From: an uncultured Chroococcidiopsis sp. | GTDB lineage: Bacteria > Cyanobacteriota > Cyanobacteriia > Cyanobacteriales > Chroococcidiopsidaceae | Assembly: GCA_964248365.1 (NCBI GenBank) | Contig: CAXTYC010000005.1 | Span: 109,531-173,530 of the forward strand | DNA: 64,000 nt | Direction: 5' to 3' | Shown here: positions 52,607 through 62,544 of the stretch, in pieces | How positions within the stretch are numbered: position 1 is the stretch's first letter | How the letters are laid out: each line of letters begins with the position of its first letter | Program-made: the position numbers and the translations under genes | Notes under the pieces: model-generated | Told to the model about the DNA's origin: nothing | What the model saw: only the letters and a program-made list of their open reading frames with translations | Database searches by the model: none

Positions 52607-52717
52607 TCACTGGGAGAGAAAACCAGTTAACAAAAGGGGCAAGAGTATAAGGGCAAACACAATTAAAGCAATGGTTCCAGGCTCAATGTTAATTTCGTTT
52701 TTCTTTGGAGCGGGCAT
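52607..52717 (-). CDS. 36-aa single-TM small protein
   Basis: Not in the ORF track. MPAPKKNEINIEPGTIALIVFALILLPLLLTGFLSQ*, preceded by GCAGGTG. Confidence 0.6.
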   Translation of the reverse strand: MPAPKKNEINIEPGTIALIVFALILLPLLLTGFLSQ

Positions 52718-52968
52718 TTTGCACCTGCAAAGGAATTGAGGTATATTAATTCAGCCTAAAGGATATTGGTTCCTTTCTCGAAGCCGAAAGAGTAAAAGAA
52801 GCGTAAATGAGGCTACACCGATATACTCAATCAATACCAAATTGGTAACAAGGCTAGTTGAGAAAGGGACAAGGGGAAAGGGTAATTTCCCCCCTTTGCT
52901 CCCCGAGGCTCCCCTGTTGCCATAACGAAAAATATTTAACACAAAACGAGTTCCCCAGCGCCCCTCTT

Positions 52969-53664
52969 ATGCAAGTTGCACGTATCCGTAATATCCTTGT
53001 CACCCTCGCAATTTCCACTGGCTGTTTGCTGGAATTTAGACCAGTATTTGCAGCCACTTCTGCTAGTCAATATCGATCGCTGGGGCTATCTTATCGCGCG
53101 TCAGAACGTTATACTGAAGCGATCGCTGCTTTGAAAAAGTCCACCGAACTCGAACCCAAAAACCTTGGGGGACGAGTAATGTTGGGTTGGACACAGCATT
53201 TAGCAGGACAAGAGGATGCAGCAGCCCAGACGCTCATTCAAGTGCTATGTCAAAATCCAACGAGTGTTCCAGCACTCAATGCTTTAGGTATTGTATATCT
53301 AGTTAGTAGTAAATTAAACTCTGCGGTTGCTGTTCACGCTTGGGCTGCTTTCTTAGATGCCAAGAATGAAGTTGCTAACTTCAATTTGAGTCTAGCTTTT
53401 CATCGTTTGCACCTATATAAATCAGCAATTCTCACTGCCAGAAAAGCTGCTACTCTAGAGCCTAATAATCCTCATCCACTGGTAGCTCTGGCGCTTGCTT
53501 ATTGGGATAGTGGCGATCGCTCCTCGTCAAAACTTGCCTATCGTAAAGCGCAAAATCTAGATTTTCGGTATAGCTCAGGCTCTTTTCTTAATCATCTTAA
53601 AAAAGCTGGCTTCAGTCTTGAGCAAATTGAAACAACAAAGCAAATTCTTTTTGCTCAGACATAG
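52969..53664 (+). CDS. Exported TPR protein
   Basis: Signal-like N-terminus; TPRs (YRSLGLSY..ERYTEAIAALKK, ALNALGIVYL, ANFNLSLA). Confidence 0.85.
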   Translation: MQVARIRNILVTLAISTGCLLEFRPVFAATSASQYRSLGLSYRASERYTEAIAALKKSTELEPKNLGGRVMLGWTQHLAGQEDAAAQTLIQVLCQNPTSVPALNALGIVYLVSSKLNSAVAVHAWAAFLDAKNEVANFNLSLAFHRLHLYKSAILTARKAATLEPNNPHPLVALALAYWDSGDRSSSKLAYRKAQNLDFRYSSGSFLNHLKKAGFSLEQIETTKQILFAQT

Positions 53665-54085
53665 ATTAGTTTACTACGTCTGACACTACTCCCTAACTAC
53701 GCAACTTATTTTCCAAAATTGGAAATTAACTTTCCGCTAAAGTGCATTAATTATTTATCTACTTTCTTTATTGTATAAATAACTTCTATCTCAACTCTAT
53801 TACAACTTGTGAATATTTATTTCTGTTTATGTGATTATTTTTAATTTAGTTGAATTTAATGCAATAGCAATATTCATCAACAATTTAGATTTGAGCCTTC
53901 AGCAATAAATCACAGTAACTTTTAAAAATTGTTTGCGTAATTTCATTTATAGCAACTGTATTAAAAGTTAGGAATTGCATTGTGCATTATTAATCGATGA
54001 TGGCAAGCAAACCTTAAAAAACAAGCATAGTCAACTATCGCTTTAGATTATCTGTTGAAGAATTCAGCACTTACTTAAGGAAAGA

Positions 54086-54529
54086 TTGATGAATCTTAAA
54101 TGTATTACTTTAACACTTTGTTTAACAGCTTCCGCCCAGCTAGAGGCACAAAAAGCATTTGGATTAGACCATCAAAGTCACAAAGAAGTACATTTATTGT
54201 GTGTAAGAGAAGCAAAAGATCATTTAAACTGTAAAGTTGAAAGTAAAGATCATAAGTATTTGGGTGTACAAAAAGCTAAAGGGATAGAAAGTAGCAAATC
54301 CTCGTTGTCAGCTGCAATGCCAGCATTAAATACTAATGGGGAATTAGTTGCCCTTCATAACCAATACAGTCATACACATACCTATGAAGTGCTAATAATG
54401 GTTGTTTTGCTTAGCAGTCTTAGCTTATGGCTGCTTTTGTATACCAAGCATCGTAAGAATCGCCTTGCTGTTATGCGTCAAAACATCGAGGCTTTAGAGA
54501 GGCTATGGAAGATAAGTAACTATCAATAA
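54086..54529 (+). CDS. Hypothetical exported protein with a C-terminal membrane anchor
   Basis: N-terminal hydrophobic stretch; TM VLIMVVLLSSLSLWLLLY; tail RQNIEALERLWK. Confidence 0.65.
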   Translation: MMNLKCITLTLCLTASAQLEAQKAFGLDHQSHKEVHLLCVREAKDHLNCKVESKDHKYLGVQKAKGIESSKSSLSAAMPALNTNGELVALHNQYSHTHTYEVLIMVVLLSSLSLWLLLYTKHRKNRLAVMRQNIEALERLWKISNYQ

Positions 54530-54603
54530 AAGCAATTAGCTTTTAGCTTTTAGCTTTTGGCTATAACTGGTAGTTGGTAGTTGGTAACTGCGCGTTCCCC
54601 ATT

Positions 54604-55195
54604 TGACAGCATCACTTTCTGGGGCAGGATTCCGACATTTTCTGATAAATTAGCTCGAATAGGTAGACCAACTGTACGCAATTAAGATGCGAATAGTGGG
54701 TTGTTTGCTGACACAGATGCCAACTCAACAGGCAGCGGCGATATCAATGTTACAACGCGATCGCTCTTTTTGGGCAATGGCGCTGGGGTCGAGGGAAGGA
54801 GAAGAAAAATAATGGCAGGCTTCATCGATGATCGGTGATGCATAATGAGTAATCTGTTTTGTTAAAAGCCCTAGAAGATGCCTAGAAAATACGTCCAGCC
54901 AAGCGACGTTTGGGGAAAGAAGATTCTTTCCCCAAAGCTCGCGCCTCTTTGAGTTGTCGTGTTGTCATCATGGTTATTAGTGTTGTGATTCAGTCGTGGA
55001 CTTATTTTTGGCGACGGCTCCCACGCCATTATTTTTAGGCTTCATTGTAGTAAATGCCAGTACACAGCAAACAAGGAAACTCACGCGATGTGACAATCAA
55101 CGTTGCTGATTCTCTCTTACTTGATCGCGGTGCGATCGCTGCTAACAGCCTATCTGGACAGGGAGGTAATATCAATCTACAAGTATCAAACTCAT
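54604..55195 (+). pseudogene. Filamentous-haemagglutinin-type beta-helix gene remnant interrupted by an insertion
   Basis: NSGLFADTDANSTGSGDINVTTRSLFLGNGAGV before 54790 and DVTINVADSLLLDRGAIAANSLSGQGGNINLQV after about 55080; internal stop and frameshift. Confidence 0.7.
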
Positions 55196-55229
55196 CTCCT
55201 CTAGTTCCCCAGCGCCCCAGCGCCCCTCT

Positions 55230-56612
55230 CTAGCCTCCCATAACCAAAGACTCGATCGCATCCACTGAGGTTGGCAATTCATCTGTTAAGACTTCGCAGC
55301 CTGTTTGTGTCACTAACACATCATCTTCAATTCTGATGCCGCGCACATCGGCAAATTGTCCCAGACGTTCCCAATTCACCACATCTTGATATTTTGACCA
55401 CCGTTGTGGGTCATTCAAAATTGCTGGTACTTGATAGAATCCTGGCTCGATTGTTACCAACATACCAGGACGAAGGGGACGATTGAGACGAAGGTAGTTT
55501 AAGCCAAAGCGTGTGCTTCTTGTCCTTCCTTCTTCATACCCAGCTAAATCCCCCAAATCTTCCATATCATGCACATCTAACCCCAACAGATGCCCAACAC
55601 CATGAGGGAAAAACAACGCATGAGCATCCATTTTAACTAAATCTTCTGGTTTACCTTGTAAAATCCCCAAATCTACTAACCCTTGGGCAATGACAGTAGC
55701 GGCAAGCAGATGAATATCTTGGTACTCTATTCCAGGGCGAATGTTAGCAATGCAAGTATCGTGCGCTGCTAGCACCACATCATATATATCTCGCTGCGTG
55801 GAAGAAAACTTACCAGAAACAGCCCAAGTGCGAGTTACATCACTTGCCCAACCTGTTGCTGTCTCAGCACCGACATCTGCAAGTAGCAAGTCTCCTGGCT
55901 GTAAGAGATTGTGATACTGTTGATTGTGCAAAACTTCGCCCTGAACGGTGACGATACTGGCATAGGCACAAGTCATGTTGTTACCTATAATAATATGCTC
56001 CATCGCCGCTCGGATTTCTGATTCTTGTTGGGTGCTACTAGTTACTACCATACCAGCGAGGTGAGCTTGCACACTTACAGCAGCAGCTAGACGTAATTCT
56101 TCTATAGCGGCGGCATCATGGGTGAGTCTAAGGGAAACAACAGCCCGTGCTAAATCTAAGTCAATTCCTTGCAGGATCTTTGCCGGAGAAATTGGTCTTT
56201 TTAAGATCCGAGACTGTATCAGCGCTGTAGTAGCATCCTGGGCGGCAATTGTAGCGGCTGGCTGTGCTTTTGACTCTAATTCGCTCATCGGCTTTGCCAC
56301 ATCAGCCCCGATCGCACTGGCAATTTCTGCTCGCTTTGGCGTTTCTCCATGCCAAAGGGCGCTTTCTGGTTTTGCCTCATCCATGAATAGTGTCATAATG
56401 CCTGCTTCCAGACGGATCGCAGCCTTTTCCAGAGGAATTCCCGCAAAGTAAAGGAAGTGACTATTTGCCCGAAAGGGGAAAGTATTTGCAGCAAAATTGC
56501 GCGGACTACTACGCCCAGACCATAAAATTACTGGTACATCAATTAGCGAGGCTAGCCGCACTCGCCGCTGGCGCAGGGTATTGACAAAATCATGGGTGTT
56601 GTGCATCTCCAT
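55230..56612 (-). CDS. pepP: Xaa-Pro aminopeptidase (M24B)
   Basis: FRANSHFLY, VLHN, DVGAE, SDVTRT, HGVGHLLGLDVHD, TIEPG, GIRIEDD. Confidence 0.93.
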   Translation of the reverse strand: MEMHNTHDFVNTLRQRRVRLASLIDVPVILWSGRSSPRNFAANTFPFRANSHFLYFAGIPLEKAAIRLEAGIMTLFMDEAKPESALWHGETPKRAEIASAIGADVAKPMSELESKAQPAATIAAQDATTALIQSRILKRPISPAKILQGIDLDLARAVVSLRLTHDAAAIEELRLAAAVSVQAHLAGMVVTSSTQQESEIRAAMEHIIIGNNMTCAYASIVTVQGEVLHNQQYHNLLQPGDLLLADVGAETATGWASDVTRTWAVSGKFSSTQRDIYDVVLAAHDTCIANIRPGIEYQDIHLLAATVIAQGLVDLGILQGKPEDLVKMDAHALFFPHGVGHLLGLDVHDMEDLGDLAGYEEGRTRSTRFGLNYLRLNRPLRPGMLVTIEPGFYQVPAILNDPQRWSKYQDVVNWERLGQFADVRGIRIEDDVLVTQTGCEVLTDELPTSVDAIESLVMGG

Positions 56613-56663
56613 ATTTAGGAGCTTTTGGGAGCTACGAAGAAAAGAGGATAAGATTAACCTAGC

Positions 56664-56930
56664 TTAGTTACGATCATCTTTATCATTTTCACTTTGATCG
56701 TTGTCTTCGTGTTCTTCGTTTTGTTCGTTGTGTGACTCGTTACGCTGATTATTATTTTCTTGGTTTATACGCTGATTGTTGTTTTGATCGATGTGTTCAT
56801 CGGCTTCATTTTCTTTCTCTAGTGTGTTAGAGCCACAGCTAACTAATCCCCCAGTGCTGACAAGCAAGGTGAAAGCACTAATGATAGTGGTGAGCGCTTT
56901 TTTTTGCTGCCATTGCTTCAAAATCAACAA
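56664..56930 (-). CDS. Putative small acidic lipoprotein
   Basis: Hydrophobic signal ending GLVSC; N/E/D-rich tail. Confidence 0.6.
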   Translation of the reverse strand: MLILKQWQQKKALTTIISAFTLLVSTGGLVSCGSNTLEKENEADEHIDQNNNQRINQENNNQRNESHNEQNEEHEDNDQSENDKDDRN

Positions 56931-57081
56931 CCCCCTATTTAAAATTCATAATTCGTGAGGAGACAGAAGACAGAAGTCAGTAGTCTCCAAGTCAGTAGTC
57001 AGAAGAGTTAATTCTTCATCTCCCCTGATTCCCCCTCTGGTTCCTCTGGTTCCTCTAGTTCCTCTGGTTCCTCTGGTTCCT

Positions 57082-57696
57082 CTAGCCCTTAGCTAAAACG
57101 CCATTGAGGAAAATATCAGCCAATCCTTCTGCCATTTCCTGCATTGCTTGGGGGGATGGGTTTGGTTCTAAAAGAGTATTGTGGGAAAAACCTGCGATCG
57201 CAAACATCCCTAGAAATACTTGTGCCACAATCTTAGGATTCATGGGGCGATAGATGCCTTTATCCATAGCAGTTTGAAAAAAGGCTTCTGCTACATCAGT
57301 CATTTTCGCAATTACTTCAGATTGAATGCGATCGCGCAATTCTGGGTGATACTGAGCCTCCATAAAGCAAACCCGCATCAGATCGGCATTTTTCTGAAAA
57401 TTCCACATCCGGCGGTGCATCACCTGAGCCACAGCCTTATAACTGCCCATTTCACTCAATTCTGTTAATAAATCTGTGAGAATCTCTATCCAACCCTTGG
57501 TTGCTACCTCAACCAAAATCGCCTTTTTATTGGCAAAATGGCGAAACAGAGTACCTTCGGCTACTCCTGCTGCTTGCGCCAAATCACGGGTGGTTGTTCC
57601 ATCAAAGCCTTGACGGGAAAACAACCGCAGCGCCGCCTTCAAGATGCGATCGCGCGATGAGTCTTCTGAATGTGGAGTACGGTTAAAAACTTGCAT
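57082..57696 (-). CDS. TetR/AcrR family transcriptional regulator
   Basis: RDRILKAALRLFSRQGFDGTTTRDLAQAAGVAEGTLFRHFANK. Confidence 0.95.
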   Translation of the reverse strand: MQVFNRTPHSEDSSRDRILKAALRLFSRQGFDGTTTRDLAQAAGVAEGTLFRHFANKKAILVEVATKGWIEILTDLLTELSEMGSYKAVAQVMHRRMWNFQKNADLMRVCFMEAQYHPELRDRIQSEVIAKMTDVAEAFFQTAMDKGIYRPMNPKIVAQVFLGMFAIAGFSHNTLLEPNPSPQAMQEMAEGLADIFLNGVLAKG

Positions 57697-57821
57697 GGCG
57701 TTTATGGTTGTATCACCTTAATACAACTTGTAGCGTCATTTTCTAACATCAGGCTGCACAAAACTAAAAGTTTAATAGATCATTAATAGATTGCCATTGA
57801 GACATATTTCCATCGTCGCCC

Positions 57822-59513
57822 ATGAACCAGCTAATTCGCTTGATTTTACTTCGTTTATCCGCGCCTGCTACTTGGCGACGACTAATAGTAACTTTTCTTT
57901 TCATAACTGGGCTAGCTTGGACTTGCATGACAGAAATAGCTCTATCTGATACCAAGTTGGGGACAGTTTGGCAACGGGGAGATGAGGAAGTGAGGAGGTG
58001 GGGAGAAGACTTACCATCTGACAAGCAACCACTCACCCCATCACCCCATCCTTTCTTACGAGAGAACACAACTAAGCATGAATCAATACAGCCGTATTTT
58101 GAGCGTGTAAGCAAGGAGCTAACCGAGTTTCGGCTGGAAAATGGCATCAAGTTTATTGTCTTAGAACGACACCAAGCACCTGTTGTTTCTTTTCTCACCT
58201 ATGCTGATGTAGGTGGTGTGAATGAGCCAGAGGGAAAAACGGGTGTAGCTCATTTTCTAGAACACTTGGCGTTTAAAGGCACAAAACACATTGGTACACG
58301 TAACTATCAGGCAGAAAAGCCCTTGTTAGATCGTTTAGACGAGCTAGCTAAACAAATTCATGCTGCTAAGTCAGCTAAAAATGACGCTGAGGTGAGGCGG
58401 TTACAGGCACAATTTGAGCAAGTCGAAGCTCAAGCAGCCCTTTTAGTCAAGCAAAATGAGTTAGGACAGATTGTAGAACAATCTGGGGGTGTAGGCTTAA
58501 ATGCCAATACCTCGACAGAAGCAACGCGCTACTTTTACAGCTTTCCGTCTAACAAGTTAGAACTTTGGATGTCATTGGAGTCAGAGCGGTTTCTAGAGCC
58601 TGTGTTTCGGGAATTTTATAAAGAAAAAGATGTGATTTTGGAAGAAAGACGGCTGCGGGTGGAAAATTCCCCCCTTGGGCAGATGATGGAAAAGTTTCTT
58701 GATACTGCTTATCAAGTGCATCCCTACAAGCGTCCCGTGATTGGTTATGACGAGGATATACGTAATTTGACACGGCAAGATGTGCAGCAATTTTTCGATG
58801 CTTATTATGTGCCAAGTAATTTGACGATCGCCGTTGTAGGTGATGTTAATCCTACCCTTGTAAAACAGCTAGCTGGGGTTTATTTTGGTCGCTACAAAGC
58901 AAAGCCTGCTCCCCCAAAATTAAAAGCAGTGGAACCCCAACAGCAGGAAACGAAAGAAGTGACGTTAAGGCTACCTTCTCAGCCTTGGTATTTCGAGGGC
59001 TACCATTGTCCCAGTATCAACCACCCAGATTATGTTGTTTATGACATTGTTGGTAGTCTACTTAGTGATGGGCGCACGTCTCGGCTATATAAATCTTTAG
59101 TAGAACAGCAGCGCGTGGCTTTGTCAGCCCAAGGTTTTACTGGGTTTCCTGGGGATAAGTACCCGAATTTGATGCTATTTTATGCGTTGACGGCGCGGGG
59201 GCATTCGACCGATGAGGTGGGAGCGGCTTTGAGAAAGGAAATTGACAGGCTGAAGACACAGCCAGTTTCAGATCTGGAGTTGGAGCGGGTGAAGACACAA
59301 GCAAGAGCTGGGGTATTGCGATCGCTTGACTCAAATATGGGAATGGCACAGTTGTTGTTGGAGTATCAGGTAAAAACTGGTTCTTGGCGGAATTTATTTA
59401 CTCGGCTAGAGGCGATCGCGCGTGTGACACCAGCAGATGTGCAGCGGGTGGCGAATGAGGCTTTTACCGCAGAAAATCGCACGGTGGGGCGTTTGTTGTC
59501 TCAAGAGGGATAA
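57822..59513 (+). CDS. M16B zinc peptidase, catalytic subunit
   Basis: HFLEH (HxxEH), LNANTS, EKDVILEER. Confidence 0.93.
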   Translation: MNQLIRLILLRLSAPATWRRLIVTFLFITGLAWTCMTEIALSDTKLGTVWQRGDEEVRRWGEDLPSDKQPLTPSPHPFLRENTTKHESIQPYFERVSKELTEFRLENGIKFIVLERHQAPVVSFLTYADVGGVNEPEGKTGVAHFLEHLAFKGTKHIGTRNYQAEKPLLDRLDELAKQIHAAKSAKNDAEVRRLQAQFEQVEAQAALLVKQNELGQIVEQSGGVGLNANTSTEATRYFYSFPSNKLELWMSLESERFLEPVFREFYKEKDVILEERRLRVENSPLGQMMEKFLDTAYQVHPYKRPVIGYDEDIRNLTRQDVQQFFDAYYVPSNLTIAVVGDVNPTLVKQLAGVYFGRYKAKPAPPKLKAVEPQQQETKEVTLRLPSQPWYFEGYHCPSINHPDYVVYDIVGSLLSDGRTSRLYKSLVEQQRVALSAQGFTGFPGDKYPNLMLFYALTARGHSTDEVGAALRKEIDRLKTQPVSDLELERVKTQARAGVLRSLDSNMGMAQLLLEYQVKTGSWRNLFTRLEAIARVTPADVQRVANEAFTAENRTVGRLLSQEG

Positions 59514-59564
59514 CGAACCGCTGAGGGCGCTGAGGACGCAGAGGAAGAGAAGGGAGAGAGGGTT

Positions 59565-61013
59565 ATGAAGAGGGTGGTTATTTGGGTGGGGTTGTTGTTG
59601 GTGTTGCTGTGGGGTTTGCCTGCTGTGGGGGCGACGGCGAAACATTATACTCAGTTGAGGTTTCCGCCGTTAGCTGAGGTTAAGTTGCCGAAGTATGAGC
59701 GTTTTATGCTCGATAACGGTATGGTGGTGTATTTGATGGAGGATCACGAGCTGCCTTTGGTGGGGGGTACGGCGCTTGTTCGTACGGGCGATCGCCTGGA
59801 GCCTCCGAATAAGGTGGGCTTAGCTAATTTGACGGGCGTTGTGATGCGGACTGGGGGAACTCAAAAGCACTCGGCTGATGAGTTGAATCAGTTGTTGGAA
59901 CAACGGGCGGCTGCGGTAGAATCAGGTATTGGTGAGAGTTCGGGTAGTGCTAGTTTTAGCGCTCTGAGTGAAGATTTGGAAATGGTGTTTGGGTTGTTTA
60001 CTGAGGTACTTAGGCAACCAATTTTTTCTCAGGATAAGTTGGATTTGGCGAAAACTCAGGTTAGGGGCGGAATTGCCCGTCGCAATGATGATCCAAATGA
60101 GGTTGTTGGCAGGGAATTTCAGAAGTTGGTTTATGGTAGCACTAATCCCTATGCCCGAACGGTGGAGTATGCGACTTTGGATAATATTTCACGCGATGAT
60201 TTGCTCGGTTTTTATCGGCAGTATTTCCATCCCAACAATATAATTTTGGGAATTGTAGGGGATTTTGATTCAAAGCAAATGCGATCGCTGATCCAAAAGC
60301 ATTTTGGTGACTGGACTTGCGGTAATCTAGCTCCAACTAAAGTGCCGACTGTATCTGAGGGACGGTTGGGGGGAATGTTTCTGGTTAACCAACCCCAGCT
60401 GACTCAGAGTTATGTGCAAATGGGACACTTGGGGGGGAAGTTTAATAGTCCTGATTATCCAGCGCTGGATGTGTTAAATCGGGTTTTGAATGGGTTTGGA
60501 GGACGGTTATTTAATAACTTGCGATCGCGCTTGGGTCTTGCTTACACTGTCTACGGTGTCTGGAGTCCCCGCTATGACTACCCTGGTGTCTTCGTTGCTG
60601 GGGGACAAACTCGCAGTGAAACTACTGTCCCTTTTATTCGTAACTTGCGATCGCAAATCGAGCAACTTCAGGCTGAACCAGTTAAGCCAGCTGAGCTTGC
60701 TTTTGCCAAAGAATCTGTATTGAACTCGTTTGTGTTCAATTTTGAAGACCCAAGTCAAACTATATCGCGGCTGATGCGCTACGAATACTACGGCTACCCT
60801 ACTGATTTCTTATTCCGCTACCAACGCGGTGTGAAAGCAACAACTGCTACTGATATTCGGCGAGTTGCTAAAAAGTACCTCAAGCCAGAACAACTCGTTA
60901 CACTGGTTGTAGGAAATGCTAACGCTATCTCCCCGCCGCTAACCGAATTAACCGCAGAAGTAATACCAGTAAACATCACGATTCCAGGTTCTAAACCAAT
61001 GGTGATGAAATAA
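59565..61013 (+). CDS. M16B peptidase partner subunit (lacks HxxEH)
   Basis: LDNGMVVYLMEDHELP, GLANLTGVVMRTGG, RLFNNLRSRLGLAY. Confidence 0.92.
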   Translation: MKRVVIWVGLLLVLLWGLPAVGATAKHYTQLRFPPLAEVKLPKYERFMLDNGMVVYLMEDHELPLVGGTALVRTGDRLEPPNKVGLANLTGVVMRTGGTQKHSADELNQLLEQRAAAVESGIGESSGSASFSALSEDLEMVFGLFTEVLRQPIFSQDKLDLAKTQVRGGIARRNDDPNEVVGREFQKLVYGSTNPYARTVEYATLDNISRDDLLGFYRQYFHPNNIILGIVGDFDSKQMRSLIQKHFGDWTCGNLAPTKVPTVSEGRLGGMFLVNQPQLTQSYVQMGHLGGKFNSPDYPALDVLNRVLNGFGGRLFNNLRSRLGLAYTVYGVWSPRYDYPGVFVAGGQTRSETTVPFIRNLRSQIEQLQAEPVKPAELAFAKESVLNSFVFNFEDPSQTISRLMRYEYYGYPTDFLFRYQRGVKATTATDIRRVAKKYLKPEQLVTLVVGNANAISPPLTELTAEVIPVNITIPGSKPMVMK

Positions 61014-61127
61014 GTATAGGTAACTTCCTTTGTAAGGGCTTGGCACTGCCAAGCTTCGATTAATGATATAGCAACCCGCTCATGATCGTGAATTTTCCAT
61101 TGTAGTTGTCCTTTGTCTATAGTCCTT

Positions 61128-62252
61128 TGTCTAAAACCAACAACCATGACCAATTCGTTAAATACTTGTAATTCACATATTGCACCAGTTTCAATAACTA
61201 AAACATCACCATCTTCTGAACGCTTGCTTTTAGTCTAAACTCCAGTAAGAAGGTGTGTTAGCTAAAGCGTAACGCACCCTCCAAGATCAAGCGATCGCAC
61301 TAATATTAATCAGTCTTCTAGGAACGACTAATCCGATACCGAAGTGTGTAATCCCAGTTATACCATCGATGATCTGTACTCCTCATTTTCCAGGCTCGCT
61401 CTTCATGGGAAGGTCCTGTAGCGGAAATTTCTAATTCGATAACACCGAGTAAATCATCTCCAGGCACACTACCGAGAATGTCTACCCCAGTTGTAGCTGC
61501 TGAAAGTATTGTTCCCGCAATACCTGCTTGTGGTCTTGCTTCTGCCAAAGCACTGGAAACAGCATTGCTAATCTGTTTAACTGCATCACCGTACTTATTC
61601 CAGTCTTTTTCCTTATCTAGGTCATAAGCCTTTAGTCCGCCTTTGATGCTTTCTCCTGGTGGGATTTCGCCTTCAAATAAAACGGAGTCCTCTGGACGGA
61701 ATTGTTTGGTTTGCCTGTCATTGATTTTGATAGGGCGGGTCAGAATTGGTTTTGTGTTTCCCCCGCCTACCAAAGCACCAACAAGATAAAAATCATCAGC
61801 AGCAGTTATATCTTCAGTATCTGCACAATAAACATCAAGCAATTCGACTTTTACTTTTGTCATACTCTTCTCCGACTATTGTCTTTACTTTTAGACAGTA
61901 TGTAAATTTGCTTAAGTTTCGTAAATACGTGAATATACTGAAATTTTGCGGAATTTTGACCATGAGTTTAGTGTTAGTCACATTACGATTTTTGCTTTGT
62001 GATCCTACGGAAAAATATTATTTACTTTTTACAGAGTTATAGAACAGCAATTCTTATTATGAGAATAGTTATCAGTAGGTGAAGGTCGAGACTAACTGAT
62101 CAAACTTGGGAGAGCTTGGGAATGCGGGTAATGTTTTAATTCGGTTGCTTGATCGTCCTTTGTCTACAGTTTTTAGCCAAACTTAAGCGCAGGTTCCGCT
62201 TGCGCGTCTATGTCTAAAACCAACAACAAATGACCAATTCATTAAATACTTG
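61128..62252. repeat. Pair of ~41-bp direct repeats
   Basis: TGTCTAAAACCAACAACCATGACCAATTCGTTAAATACTTG (61128-61168) versus TGTCTAAAACCAACAACAAATGACCAATTCATTAAATACTTG (62211-62252). Confidence 0.75.
61318..61863 (-). CDS. Hypothetical protein, possible C2-like beta-sandwich
   Basis: 181-aa ORF preceded by GGAGAAGAG; acidic loops CADTED..ADDFY, YDLD and GDDLLG. Confidence 0.75.
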   Translation of the reverse strand: MTKVKVELLDVYCADTEDITAADDFYLVGALVGGGNTKPILTRPIKINDRQTKQFRPEDSVLFEGEIPPGESIKGGLKAYDLDKEKDWNKYGDAVKQISNAVSSALAEARPQAGIAGTILSAATTGVDILGSVPGDDLLGVIELEISATGPSHEERAWKMRSTDHRWYNWDYTLRYRISRS

Positions 62253-62544
62253 CAACATAAGATCCCAACATAGCCCCCCCTTTTAAGGCAGGTTGGGGGG
62301 CTCATATCTGTAGCAAAGTCAAAGCAAATTTTTATAAATATTACTTAATTTATTTTTTACTTAATATTTAATCTACTTATTGTAATTTTCATAGCTCCTG
62401 CCACTAAGTATAAATTATATTACGTAAATATAAAATTAAAAGTATATTTTTTGACTTTACAGCTTTTGTAATGATAAATCTTGATTAGTTAACTCGAAAC
62501 TGAAAAACCTTTTCTTGGAAATCAACACAAGGAGGATTTTTGTA

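Noticed and set aside
1118..61153. Numerous 60-140-aa ORFs antisense to or overlapping long genes (e.g. 22322-22738, 57764-58198, 16229-16582)
   Set aside because: These are shadow ORFs of well-supported genes, with no independent motifs.
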